A DNA stretch of 63,573 nucleotides, filler included, from Rhabdomonas costata (GCA_019059605.1; 51 parts of 51 records of this genome joined end to end with filler, not necessarily neighbours in it), one strand, 5' to 3'. Positions 24,979-37,681 are shown, numbered from the whole stretch's first letter. The notes: generated from the letters alone by a model not told the origin. Program-made: numbers and translations.

Positions 24979-25084
24979 TTGCAGGGGGTTAGGAGGCGAT
25001 GCATGTGTCCCCTGGAATTCAAGTAGAAGGTTTGCAGGGGGTTAGGAGGCGATGCATGTGTCCCCTGGGATTCTAATACAAGGA
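24979..25084 (+). repeat. 53/54-bp minisatellite, 2 copies (family A)
   Basis: TTGCAGGGGGTTAGGAGGCGATGCATGTGTCCCCTGG... repeated with period 53. Confidence 0.9.
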
Positions 25085-25767
25085 AGTATCTCTGGGCTTC
25101 ATTGTCAGCAAAGGCGATGAACGGTTCCCAGGAGATTGCCGTAGAAAAGGGACTGAATTATTTTGGGTGCGGAGGCCCCTTTTGCCCATTTTTTTTTGGG
25201 GGGGGGTGCTTCTTCAATCAGCACAGTGAGAGGTTGACCTGCATTGTAGCATTGTATGTAATGTTCTGCTTCTGCTCGAATTTGCAGAGGGCCAGACCGC
25301 GTTGCTGCCCGCTCTGGACTTGCTCTCGCGCATTAGCCCCCGTGTTCCTATCGCCGAGCCAATGGCGCTGCTGTGGCAGGCCCGCTGGCACGCCAGCCAT
25401 GACCAGCCCGACAGAGCGTTAGCGATGTGGTCCGTTTGCAGCAAATACGCACACATACAGGCACACCTGATCGCCCGCGATAAACACGCTGCTAAACTGT
25501 TGTGCGCCAAGGGTGTTGTCTTCTTCAAATGAAGTGTTGTTTTGGTAGCAACCCTGCATGGAATGCGGAAAGCATTAGGGTTTCTGGCGGCAGCTGGGAG
25601 TTGGGGGAGGACTTGCTGGTTTCTTTGTAGTTCAATTGGGGAATTGAGATGATTTTGATTGCATACTTTTGGGTCTTTGGGTCTGAACAGTGAATTCGGC
25701 GTTGGCCCTTTTTTCGGTGTTTTTCTTTTAATGTCGCCATCTCCTTCTCCCTCTTTCCTCCTGCAAC

Positions 25768-26128
25768 ACACGGCTCCGTGTGCGCAGAATGTTTCTGCCG
25801 TCGTCAGCAGCGTGTGCGCCCGTCAGTCCAGAGCGGTCCCCAACAGTCATTGTCAGGCAGCAGCCAGCTTGCAATGCCCCCACACATACTCGTGCGCCCA
25901 CCCGTGTACTAACGAACGAACGAACGACTCTGCCCTCTTTTTGAGCACTCAGACACGGGCTCTCAGATTTTGTGCGCTGCCCCGGGTTGTCATAGCACCG
26001 TTCGCTCCAACGGCACCTCTCGCGAGCACCCGTGGCCAACAGCGCGTGCGCCAGTCAGTCCACAGTGCTCACCACCAACCAGTCAACCAGTCAACCAGGC
26101 AACAGCGCGCAATGCGCCCAAACCACAA
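25768..26128 (+). repeat. Dispersed repeat family B, two adjacent copies (diverged 25768-25889; 25953-26128)
   Basis: GCACCGTTCGCTCCAACGGCACCTCTCGCGAGCACCCGTGGCCAACAGCGCGTGCGCC...CAACCAGTCAACCAGTCAACCAGGCAACAG shared with 54559-54684, 48553-48598 and 39965-40000. Confidence 0.9.
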
Positions 26129-28824
26129 NNNNNNNNNNNNNNNNNNNNNNNNNNNNNNNNNNNNNNNNNNNNTTAATTAATTAANNNNNNNNNNNNNNNN
26201 NNNNNNNNNNNNNNNNNNNNNNNNNNNNTGTGGTGGGTGTGGTTGGCGGTGGTGTTCCAGATCTGTAGCACACACAAGCATACACACGCACACATACTTG
26301 TCGACAATCCCGTCCACATCTGCTGCGGGGTTCACTGCCTGCAGGCCGTGGTGAAGCGCAAAGGATTCGTTGAAAAGCCTCGCGGCTTCCGTGGGGACGG
26401 GTCCATCCTGAAACACCCCAACCAATGTCATCTTTAGGACCAGTAACCGCCCCTTGTCAAATGCCCATGCAAACTTTCACAGAAGTTGAGGAGGGATGAT
26501 GCGAGCAGGGGAGCAGGAATAACGACTGCTTCCCAAGAGGTCATCAGGCACCAGCCTACACAGCGAGGCAAAGAGCAGCAGTGGTTTGGTCAATTGCGCG
26601 CCCCCTCCCCTCCCCCTCCAAACAAGAATAGGATGGCTTCCCTTCCTGGGCCTCTCAAGATCTGCGAAGGTTTTGGGCCAAACCTTCTCCTCCATTCGGT
26701 GGTGAAGGGAAACGAGTACATCGTGCAGCGGCAGGCTCTGTGGCTGGCACGAGTTCAGAGCCATTTCCCGTGGAGGGACAACCCCAAAAAAAGAAAAAGA
26801 AAAAAGAAGGATAAAAGGGAATGAACAAAATGGGGAGGGGGTGACAAAGAGAGCAACGACAAAAAGGAAGGCAGTGATTTGCCGCTCTGTCACTCTATGG
26901 GCTGCAGGGAAAAAACGCGGAGCGAAAGCGTTGCAGGGTCAGGGCTTTGTCACACAAACGAAGTGACTGGGGGAAGCGTGGGTGAGAAAACTACGCTAGT
27001 CTTGTTTGGGAGACAACCTGGGCCTGCCCTTCAGTTTGATTTGTCGCCAGCCACCGAAAGGGTGAGTTGAAAGCTGAGCTTATTTAATCATCCCACCCTC
27101 TAAACAACGTGATTGGGATACTGATTGGGATACTATTACAACAATCGTCACGAAAAGACGAAAAAAAAATGAAGTGAAAAGAATCACCAAATAAAATGTG
27201 AGGTAAAATCCCAATCATCTTGCACATCTCGTATCCCTCTACCAAATACCATGTATAACACCATGTATAACGAATGATCCAACCATTTCAAAAAAAAAGC
27301 TTTAAGTTCCGCCGCGCTTCTGGCTCCAAGACATCTTGAAGAACGAATTCTGAAAGGCGTACGACGTCACAAAAACANNNNNNNNNNNNNNNNNNNNNNN
27401 NNNNNNNNNNNNNNNNNNNNNTTAATTAATTAANNNNNNNNNNNNNNNNNNNNNNNNNNNNNNNNNNNNNNNNNNNNGGACATTCATCCACTGCACCCAT
27501 AATCTTGTACTTTACCATCCATTTTCTAAGTTTTCCTTCGTCACTGGCAATTTCCAACACGTCGTAAAGCGACAACATCCAAAAAGTAAAGGAAAACAAA
27601 AAGTAAAAAAAAGTCTGGGTACACAGCCAAAGTTAAGCCATATATGCTTGTACACTTGTTACTGTATGCTTGCACACGGTTGCTTCTTATGTTGTTCGTG
27701 AAAGGTTCGATGGCCTTATCCCCAGATTTCAATTTACCTGTCTCATTCGTTATATGTCTGTTTCTGTATGACATGAAAACGTGGGGTGTTAGGGGGCCCA
27801 CTGGAAAATCTGTCACCACATATCTCTTTTCCTTTCCATTCAAAAACGCAGAAAATGGGAGTGGATGGGTTTGCATGTGTGCCAGGGAGGAGACGGTAAA
27901 CAAGCTGAACACCAGCATTCCCGCGGCCTGCACCACCGACCCTGCTGGACGGAAGGCCCCACCAAAGTTTCAGTACACCGACCTTCCAATGCCTCACTGG
28001 TATTTGCGTGCGTGCGCACACACGCACACATACACACACGTACACACACATAGCCAGACATTGGCACAGACATAGGTAGGAGAATATTTGGAGAGCGAGA
28101 AACGCGCGCGTTTCCTTTGTTTGGTGGCAATCTTTGTTTTGGCGCAGCCAAGGAGGCTCGAGCATTGCACTTCCCCAGGCCTGGGCCAAATTTTTGTTAA
28201 CTTTCTGATTTTCTCCCTTCCTTCGCAGGCGAATGCACCTCCACGGGCACTTCTGCAACCAAGTCTGCCCCACTCCCCGTTTTTGCGCCTTTGCATCCTG
28301 TGGGGTTGTGCAGTTTACAATGGCTCTGCGTAATAGTTAAACTTACGCCCTTGCAGGTAAACCTGGGGGACGCAAGTGTGCTCATGAAGTCGAGCGTGCC
28401 CCCGGGGTCGATCCGATTTGCTTTCTCATGTTCTTGGTGACCTCCTCGTTAAAATGAAAGACTAGAGGGCTGTTTGCTACTCAACATTTCGGTGGCAGCA
28501 GGTATAGTCGATGACATAGGTCCTATTCTATCCTGATTGTGTTCTAAAGCTTTACAGAAATCATGAAAAGTCCCAGGCGTACCTCAGGCCCGTTTGACCC
28601 CCCCCCACCTAAACACACCTAACACANNNNNNNNNNNNNNNNNNNNNNNNNNNNNNNNNNNNNNNNNNNNTTAATTAATTAANNNNNNNNNNNNNNNNNN
28701 NNNNNNNNNNNNNNNNNNNNNNNNNNCTGGCGGCATCTTGCAGATGACTGGCTGAGCATTCAACAGAGCAGGCTCGCACAGCATTTTTACCAATGCTTTG
28801 ACGTTTTCCTCTGCTGTTCTGCAG

Positions 28825-29680
28825 GTGACGGTGCATTCCGAGGACCTTCTCTCTGCGAACCGCCGCCGCACCAATGCCGCGGTGCTCACTTACATCGGAA
28901 CGGATCCCAGCTTGGAGCTGAACTCGGAGCAGAAGGTGACCCCCGTTGCCGTTCCCCAACTTGTGATTCGCACTGAAGACGACGAGCTTCGGGCGGCTCT
29001 GGGGCAGGAGCGGTACAACCGGCGAAAGGTATGAGGTGTGTGCGGGAGACAAGTGGGAGGAAAAAAGGAGATGGAGAATAAAGGTTGCCAGCTGAAGGAG
29101 TACTTGTGAGCGCTTGGGGTGGGGACACAATCTATGATCTGTCCGGAAGAGCCGGTCTAGTATTCACAACCGGAGGAACCCACCAACCCAAGACCCAGCT
29201 GACGGCCAATGGCTTGCGCAAGCCCCGCAGAAACGCGGCCCCACAGCGCCGGGTACACTTCTCGCCCGGGAGCACCCCGAGCGCGCCCGGTAGCACCGGA
29301 ACAAGCCGCGCCGGAATGCCACCGTAGAGGCTTCCCAACCGCAGCAGGTGTTAGCCACAACTGGAGCAAACTTCACGCCTTCTTTGGCGCAAGAGGCCGA
29401 GTACAGGGCTTTTTTTTGTGCGCACCTCCTCGTGCATGCCTTCTCCCTTGGAGAATCCTGAAATTCTAGGCTTTTCGTGGACATTGTTTGGAGCATCGAA
29501 GCGACTTTCCCCAAATTCCCGGCGATGCATTTATTTCTGCATTGTGCTTTCACAATTCCTCATCTCTCATTCAGATGAGGATAGCAAGGGAGGAAATGTT
29601 TGACGAGCTACCCCTCACCTCGGAGGACATTCCTCCGGTGACTCTGGTCCAGATCATGCTCCCCGGAGACTGCGTTATGG
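28825..29680 (+). CDS. Double-hotdog acyl-CoA thioesterase (ACOT7-like) (exons 28825-29028, 29575-29680)
   Basis: VTVHSEDLLSANRRRTNAAVLTYI...PVAVPQLVIRTEDDELR...GQERY..RK then start of second hotdog TLVQIMLPGDC. Confidence 0.8.
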
Positions 29681-31339
29681 GTAAGCTTGTTGCGGTGTGT
29701 TCTTCAGCAGAAAACAACGCTATTTGGTCTTTTTGAGCTCGAATGATTGTCCTAAAAAAATTGTGGATCTGTTCCTCTGACTCTTTCTTTCACAATCTCC
29801 TCACTACATTACCCAAGTCACTGTTTCATATCTCATCTCCCTCGCCATGTCCCCCCCCCTTTGTGCCACCCCAACNNNNNNNNNNNNNNNNNNNNNNNNN
29901 NNNNNNNNNNNNNNNNNNNTTAATTAATTAANNNNNNNNNNNNNNNNNNNNNNNNNNNNNNNNNNNNNNNNNNNNTGTGACTTGGCTGACCAACTCCAGG
30001 GGCGGGGGGCGGGCAGGTTGGGGGTCGCCCCCCTGGGGGACAAGCGCTTTCCCCAACAAGCACACAGGGCAATTAGAAATGGAGCGATGGGGTGCGAGAC
30101 CCCAGTAAAAAGCGGAAGGAAAGGAAAGCTTGAACAAAGGAGAAAGCAAGAGAATGCGCAAAAATGAACCAACGACTGACAGATGGAGCAGAAGCAGAAT
30201 TGTTTTTCTGTTCGTAAAGGCGGTTTTTCAATCTTCACTTTTCTTTCATAACAAGAATTTCAGCAAAATTTCCAGGACTCTGGAAATAGAGCCTCCACGA
30301 CGGAATGAATACGAGGAGCTCTGGTGGGGAACCATACCGCAGAGCCACCACAGATTGCGCAATCCAGCTGAAACCTTAAGCCACCGCACGAACCCCAAAT
30401 ATCGCCGTGGACACCGGGATTTCACCCACTTTTGGATGCATGGGTTTTGTGACAATGCGAACACTTTTTTTTATGATTTTAACCATATCCGTATATATAC
30501 CTATGCGAAGTCATCAAACCAACAAAGCGCCAGCGGAAAACCTCTCATTTTATGAAAAACAAGTGCGTCAGCCAGACAAAGCATTCAAAGAGACCCCCCC
30601 CCAAAAAAAAACGACGATCACGACGAAAAACCTTAGGATACCATAAAGCGAAAGTCACGATGAAGTGATGATGATGGTAGGACACCATGGCAGCAGCGAA
30701 AGACATTGTGTGCATTTTGAAAGAGATCACAAAAGTTGTGACGTTGAGCAACGGACCAGCAACTTGACGGTACCGGTCTCTTTAGCTGGAAAACAACTTT
30801 GTAAGAACAATTACATGGTATTTATTTTTCCCACATTCAAACACCACGATTAAAGAGTAAAAGTGTATTATCCGAAGAACATTACAACACAAGGCACTAG
30901 CGAAGAAAACAGCCCCGAAATCCAGAGAAACACGATAATCCGGCAGACGCAGTTGTAATACGTGCAGCTGCCAGTCGAGCACCCACCTCACAACAATAAC
31001 CGCAGTGATCAAGAAAGAAAAACAAGCACAGGCCCTCCATCTTGGTGAAAGATGTAGCAGCAGAGCCCAAAATTAACCCAGGAAAGCGCCGTACAATGCA
31101 CGGACGCTAGTCCTACCCCAAAAANNNNNNNNNNNNNNNNNNNNNNNNNNNNNNNNNNNNNNNNNNNNTTAATTAATTAANNNNNNNNNNNNNNNNNNNN
31201 NNNNNNNNNNNNNNNNNNNNNNNNAACCCACCCCACCCCCCTGCCGGTATTTCTCTGTGCAATTGAAATAGCAGTTGGGAAACTCCACAAAAGCAAACAC
31301 ATAAATACCACGGCCTGCTAGCTGTCAGAATCCCACAGC

Positions 31340-32198
31340 ACTGCTACATGTGCTGGATTAGATGGGCGGATGGGGGAAGTACCTGCGGAGTCCAGGCCCA
31401 CCCGCGGCTTGGTGGGACAGGGCATGTCATACCTCCCGGTGTTCAGGTGGGCCCGAGAGAAGCTCACCGTGGGGGCCCTGGGCTTGGTGTACATCGTGGG
31501 GGCGTCGCAGAAATCCACCGAGCGGTGGTCGCGGTGCCGCAGCTCAAAGCAGCTGATGCGCTTTCCTCGGGGAAGAACTCCGCATGATACTAGCAAAAAA
31601 TGATGAATGATGAGGATGGGATCACGCAATAGTTTGCAACAAGTCCAGGAAAGCAGCACTTATCAGCAGCGTTTCTTGAGAATGGACCACAATCGCCGAA
31701 AGTTAAGGAAGAGCTTTGTTCCCAATAAATCCGCAGGAATGCACTTCTGCGCTGATACGACGGTTGTGCCTGTGGTAATGGGAATAATTTCCAACACTGG
31801 GTGCAACTTTGTTGCATTGATTTACTTCCGCATACGCTCCCGCGTAACAGGAAAGGATAATGCAAACCTCTCTAAACCTTTTATTATAACTACAGCCTTT
31901 CCCTCCTCAGGGACAACGAGTTAATCAAGCCCGTTTGGTCTGCTACGCGCATTTGCGGGAGGAAAATAGAAAGGGGTATCGATGAGAGTGCGCTGCTTGA
32001 CCTGAACAAGCTCTCAATTCTCTTGTGTATGTAAGGCCCCAGACCTCCGGAACGAGTGATTCCGTCCTCAGGGGAATAGGCCCCGGGCCCCGGGGTGCCA
32101 CTGTTCGCCGCACGGGCGAGAAACTCTTGGGGATTCCGGGCCGAGGTGGACATCACTACCGCTGTACTTCCGCGGGGCCGGATGCAGTCCATGTGCTT
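31340..32198 (-). CDS. SHIPPO/ODF3-like PGPGxY-repeat flagellar protein, partial
   Basis: Exon 32198-32045 contains TPGPGAYSP; further exons carry PTMY...PRAPTVSFSR-type motifs. Confidence 0.6.
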
Positions 32199-32472
32199 CT
32201 GAGCGGCAGAGACGCAAAAGTCCAACGGGGACAGGCAGAGAGAGTGGGACGTGGGGGGGGGGCGTGACAATCACGCACACCCTTTGCACAAGAGACCATT
32301 TGTGCAAACGAGTGCAGACGACGTCGATTCAAGAAAGGGACGTGGTTATCCAAATCACACTCACCCCCAACANNNNNNNNNNNNNNNNNNNNNNNNNNNN
32401 NNNNNNNNNNNNNNNNTTAATTAATTAANNNNNNNNNNNNNNNNNNNNNNNNNNNNNNNNNNNNNNNNNNNN

Positions 32473-32986
32473 GGGGTTTGGGTCCACGACCACCCTTCTT
32501 TCCTCGTGGTACCGCTGCCAGGAAGTCCACGGTGGCCTCCACGGTGACGGGGGCCTGGGCGGGGAACTCTCGCGGCTGCGCCAAGGCACGCGCAGCCATC
32601 ATGAAAGGGGACGTGGGCACCTCCCCACTGGCCTCACTTCCGTCCGCCTTCGGGGGAGTGCTCGAGGTCACCACGCCAGGGAAGCCCAGCGGCCCTTCAA
32701 GGCTGGGCAGCAGTGCGGGGGACAGGCCGGGGTTGGGCACCACCGCAGGATGCTCCTCTGGGCTCTGCACCAGGGAGCTGGTGGTGGAGGGGGCCTGCTC
32801 CGAGGGCGTGGAGGCCATGGCGATGGGGCCCCAGATTTGGCCGTGGTCCCCTGTGAAGCATGAATAGAAGGCTCCGGGAGGAGGGGCTTCTGGGGTGGTC
32901 GCAGGGGACCCCAACGAGCTAGTGTACTCCACGTCGTTGTTGTGCAGGAGAATAGAAGGGAAGGCTCGAAACGCATTGGCAGCCAT
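32473..32986 (-). CDS. Hypothetical S/T/P-rich protein, first exon
   Basis: ATG at 32986 after a pyrimidine-rich leader, GC-rich ORF open to the contig end. Confidence 0.5.
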
Positions 32987-33721
32987 TGCAAAAAGGTTTG
33001 AATGAGCGTAATCAAAACAACCCAAAGAAAGAAAGAGACTTGTGGAGGGATAGGGAGACGGAAAGGGAAACGGGAGTGACAACGGCTGGCCGAAGAGGGG
33101 ATGATGGGTCCAAACGATCGTTGAGGTCGGTGGCAGGTGTTTCCGGTGTAGATTCCATTCAGGAATATCAGAATATCGAAAACTATATAAATGCAATTGT
33201 TTTCATCTTTCCACACGCGCGTGACATGCGTGCGCGAAGACAAAAAGCAGTGGGGGACTGCTTCAGCGAAACAAACCTGAACCTGTACTTCACTGCAAAC
33301 AGCAAAGAGCGTCATGCGCAGTCGGTTTCTGTTCCCCGGTAAACACACAAGAACTTTACAAAATAAGGTCACCGCTTACCCAACCAACTTACAACCTCCT
33401 GAGTCCTGTCTTGACTGAGGTGAACGGCATTGCTGTTCGAGGCACGCTTTACAGATTATGCCAAACCTCCTCTGAATTCAAATACTCGCATCATGGGTAC
33501 CATACCCACCCTGCACCAGCACTGGGGACGGGACGCGTCAGAAATCACGTCACCCGAAGCACACCAGTAAGCAGACAAAAAAGGCGGTCCCTAAGACACG
33601 AGCGAAAAAACAGGTTCACAGNNNNNNNNNNNNNNNNNNNNNNNNNNNNNNNNNNNNNNNNNNNNTTAATTAATTAANNNNNNNNNNNNNNNNNNNNNNN
33701 NNNNNNNNNNNNNNNNNNNNN

Positions 33722-34513
33722 GGTGTTGTGTCACCTCTGCCACCACGCTGGGGCTGTACATCCTGCTGGCCTGCCTGGCCGCGGGGATCTCCATCCTGGT
33801 GGGGCTTCTGGTGGGGTGGTCGATCGATGTCCCGTGGCGCTCGATGCTGCGAATGAAGGACCGGATGTACGTGCGGCTCACCGATGAGGTATGTACTCTC
33901 TTCATGAATCCAGGAAAGAGTACTGCAGGCTACGAGTCGGAATCAAAAGATTATAGTATCCGCTGGACAAGTTCTTGACATTTTGGTCTCTGTGTTAACT
34001 CAGAACAAGCGCTTCGCCATTGTCAGCCAGTTTGTTCCTGGGGAGTTCCTTGCGATGATGGGCCTGAGGAACCTCTTCGAGCTTCAGCTCAGCTCTTGCA
34101 TCCTCAAGGTGGGCAACACTGTACATGCGCACCTGAATTTGCCTATGTTGACGCAAAGCAATCAGGCTTTCCTCATGACCTAATCTCGAATGCCGGAGAA
34201 AGGGGCATATGGTTTGGACCACATTAGCAACATGAGCTCGACTCCTCCTTGCTTTAGGCGCGAGGGTTGACTTTCCCTTCGTCTTTGGTCGTTTCAGCGA
34301 GCCAGTACGCTGTGTGTTGAGATCCGCAACTTCACTCGGCTCTCGGAGCGGATGGCGCCGCAGCAGACCTTCCAGTTCCTCAGCCTATGGCTGCAGGAGT
34401 GCGGGCCCATCATCCGCCGCCACGGGGGCTTTGTGGAGAGGTTCCGCGGGAACGGGCTGACGGCGATCTTCCACGACCCCAACGACAGCCTGGACGCTGG
34501 GCTGGAGCTCCTG
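33722..34513 (+). CDS. Membrane-anchored class III cyclase-like protein (exons 33722-33888, 34004-34108, 34298-34513)
   Basis: TM helix, then FVPGEFLAMMG..., then TLCVEIRNFTRLSERMAPQQTFQFLSLWLQECGPIIRRHGGFVERFRGNGLTAIF; GT-AG introns in frame. Confidence 0.9.
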
Positions 34514-34711
34514 GTAATCCTTCGTGCGCGCGCTTATATACATTTGTGTGTGGCAGTTGATGAGGGCTCACTTATGCCGAGAATGAGGATTGTTTCGGCC
34601 GTCTAATAGCGGTGACCCGTGCAGATCCGTCCTAAGTACATTGGAGTGCAAGTCATGGAAGTGATGGATCTTTGGTAGCGTGCCGCTGGAGCAAAGGCTT
34701 TTTTGTGTGCC

Positions 34712-34866
34712 TTGTTGTTCCCTTTAACCAGGGGCTCCACACGATATTTCTTTTTGTGCAGTTTTTGTCCGAGCAGATCGTGAATAGATCGTGCTGTAAG
34801 TGATCAGTTGGTGCCGAAATTCGCATCAGAATATCGTGTGGAGCCCCTGGTTAAAGGGAACAACAA
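34712..34866. repeat. Perfect 37-bp inverted repeat at contig end (34712-34748 / 34830-34866); probable fold-back artefact
   Basis: Exact reverse complement ending at the contig edge. Confidence 0.88.
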
Positions 34867-34970
34867 CAACNNNNNNNNNNNNNNNNNNNNNNNNNNNNNN
34901 NNNNNNNNNNNNNNTTAATTAATTAANNNNNNNNNNNNNNNNNNNNNNNNNNNNNNNNNNNNNNNNNNNN

Positions 34971-35990
34971 GTGGCTTGTGCAGTGGCTGTGGGTGAGGAG
35001 CTAAGGGTGTCCGCGGACCTCGCCAGAGCGGAAGAGTGGTTGGGCCACCTGCAGGCACCGTTCCTTCCGGGATGTGACTGGAAGACAGAGCCAATGCGGC
35101 GCCATGGCGTGATACTCGGGTACTGTCACGTGCTGCGGGCAGCATTTGAGCGGGGCTGCTTGAATCGCACATTCGACCACGGGGAGAGGCTTCAAAGCTG
35201 GTACGATTTCTCTAACTATTGTTCTACCTATGGTACATGGTGCATTTATTGGTAGGTAGGCGGGCTTGGTGCACCTTAGACTGTTCACTTCCTTCCAGCT
35301 TTTTTCTTGCTTGCTTGCTTGCTTGCTTGCTTGCTGTTGGCAACACCCATCGATAGGGTTTTAGGAGCAGCTGGCATTAGGGTTTTCCCCTACATTTGCC
35401 GTCTTCAGAAGTGCGTTGGTGTGTCTTATGCCTGTGCCATCATTCAGGTTTGCCAGCCTTGATGGGTGTGATCCGCTGTTGTGCTCCGCCGTCTGCCATG
35501 GCGCTGGCCTTTTGGGCAGTTGCGGTGCTCTGAAGTTCCTCTTCGAAGGCCCAAGCTTCGAAGCCATAATGCGTCAGATTATTGACGCCTTTTTCGGGCT
35601 GGCCAAAAACCATCGCAACCGCAGGGTAGTGGATAGCGCCTTTCTTGCGCTAGCGTCTCTGAGTCATGGGATTGATGTCGGATGCCCACTTTTGAACGTT
35701 ATCATAGACAATCTTTTTTCTGCTGCCATAATCCGTCTGACGTCTGGGTGGAAACTGCCAGGTGGGGAGGATACCTTGTCTGTCATCGAGGCAGAAGAGG
35801 GGCAGTTCACCTTTGGTGAAGCCCTAGCTTCTTTGTGTCATGCAATAGCTAGCTCAAGCAGTGAGCTCAAGGTTGGAATCTTTGATGGGGTCATCTGCCG
35901 CTTGCTGGAAGACTGCGCTGTGCATAGAGTTCCAGCCGTGCGCCGAGCCTCTGCCGTTTGGGCGCTGTGCGTCGTGCAGCTTTGCGGGGG
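34971..35990 (+). CDS. ECM29: ECM29/ECPAS proteasome adaptor, HEAT-repeat fragment (exons ~34971-35200, 35448-~35990)
   Basis: RHGVILGY..., EEGQFTFGEALA and HRVPAVRRASAVWALCVVQLC match ECM29 motifs HG..LA.G, E.QFT.GEA and P.VR.A..IWLLSLV. Confidence 0.7.
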
Positions 35991-36926
35991 CACCGTTGCC
36001 CGCCCCTTCCCAGAACGCTCCACGGTGGACGTGGAAACCCATGCGTACTCAATGTTTCCGCTGGACTGGCCTGACTTTAAGGCACGAGAGTTCCAGGCAC
36101 AGTTTTATACCCCCCAACCNNNNNNNNNNNNNNNNNNNNNNNNNNNNNNNNNNNNNNNNNNNNTTAATTAATTAANNNNNNNNNNNNNNNNNNNNNNNNN
36201 NNNNNNNNNNNNNNNNNNNGTGGTGTTTTTAATGCTTTGGGAAGCGGACCACGGGAAGTTCTTCCCCTGCCGCACGGAGAACATTTCCGGCCGCCTGAAC
36301 ACCTTTACTCGGAAGCTATAGGCGAAAACGAGAAGGAGCAGTGTCCCTTGCCTCCAGTCCTCCAATTCAGAACAAACCCTCCTTGAGCCCCTTGCCAAAG
36401 CAGTAGCTCCTGAAGATGCAGAACCAGCCCTCCACTTTCACTTCCGGTGACCTCGCTGCTCTGAAGCAGAACCGGGGCTTCTACTCAGGAGTCCTCAACT
36501 AACGGTGGTGAAGGGATGGAGGTCCCTGGGCATTCGCACAGGCGGCCTAGAAAGGTCGTTTTCTTTAACTTAGAACTAAGAACACCTGTACGCTTGGGTA
36601 ACACCAAAGTCACGGCAGCGGCGCCTGAAAAAGCAGTCACGGTGTTCCCAGTGCGTGTGCACTGCCTCGCTGATTCCGTTCTTGTGAGTCCAAATGATGT
36701 ACTGCGCATGGGTACCCCTGCTTAACCAAAAGTTCCCTACCACTGCATCCGTCCCTCCATTCAAGTCGGTAAACTCCATCCCGAACTCAGAGTTGGTATG
36801 CTTCCGGCCAACGGGTGTAGAAACTCAACACGTTTTTCCATTCGCTCTGCCGTGGACAGTACTGAAGAGGATGCGCTCTGATTTTACGGTTCACGGTGCA
36901 CCAAAAAAAATGCGCCAAGGGATGAG

Positions 36927-36997
36927 CCGAAGCTGGCCCGAAGTGTTTTATATGTACAGTGGGCCTCCCAAAACGCTGTGAGGCCGGTCCTTTCAGC
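36927..36997 (+). repeat. Dispersed repeat family C (second copy at 39059-39130)
   Basis: CGAAGCTG...TTTT.T.T.TACAG(T/C)GGGCCTCCCAAA(A)CGCTGTG(A/T)GGC(C/T)GGTCCTT in two unrelated contigs. Confidence 0.8.
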
Positions 36998-37149
36998 TGA
37001 GGCCGGGTTTCATGTGGGTTTCGGCATATGTGCATTTATGCCCCCCCGCCCCCCAACCTGCTGGAACCCGCACATGCACGTCCAACAAACGAAAGCCCCT
37101 AGGATCTTGGGCTGCGGAGCGCGCAGCGCCCAAGACGTCCTGGAAAGAG

Positions 37150-37338
37150 TCCCTGTGGACACGTGCATCACCAACCCCCGGCAAAAGCTTTTATTGCAAT
37201 CCCAGGGGACCCCTGTATCGCCACCTAACCCCTGCAAAAGCTTCTATTGCCATCCCAGGGGACCCATGCATAGCCTCTTAACCCCCGGCAAAAGCTTCTA
37301 TTGTGATCCCAGGGGACCCGCGCATCACCTCCTAACCC
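37150..37338 (-). repeat. 53/54-bp minisatellite, ~3.5 copies (family A)
   Basis: AACCCCCGGCAAAAGCTTCTATTG..ATCCCAGGGGACCC... units start at 37173, 37227, 37280, 37334; reverse complement of the 24979 unit. Confidence 0.92.
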
Positions 37339-37467
37339 ATGCACTCTCCGGAAGGGGCCCACACATCNNNNNNNNNNNNNNNNNNNNNNNNNNNNNNNNN
37401 NNNNNNNNNNNTTAATTAATTAANNNNNNNNNNNNNNNNNNNNNNNNNNNNNNNNNNNNNNNNNNNN

Positions 37468-37681
37468 GTTGGGAGTGCTCATTGGAAATGCCTCGCTGTT
37501 GGTGCAGGGAATGCGGCTGTACGCTGGCGGGGTACTGGCGAAGGCTGAGGAGATGTTTGCAGTGGCCGCTGCGCTTTGCCCCGAGGATGGTCCCACGAAG
37601 CTTCTGCTGCAGATGTGCCGCAACAGTGGAAGGCTGCGGGGCGAGACTTGGGACGGAGTTATCCATTTTGAGCACAAGTGA
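37468..37681 (+). CDS. C-terminal TPR-like tail of a bacterial-type class III adenylate cyclase
   Basis: GMRLYAGG...AEEMF......PEDGPTKLLLQMCR....WDGVIHFEHK-stop matches the GL.LY....A...F.....P.DGP...Y..RC....WDGV...K tail. Confidence 0.8.
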
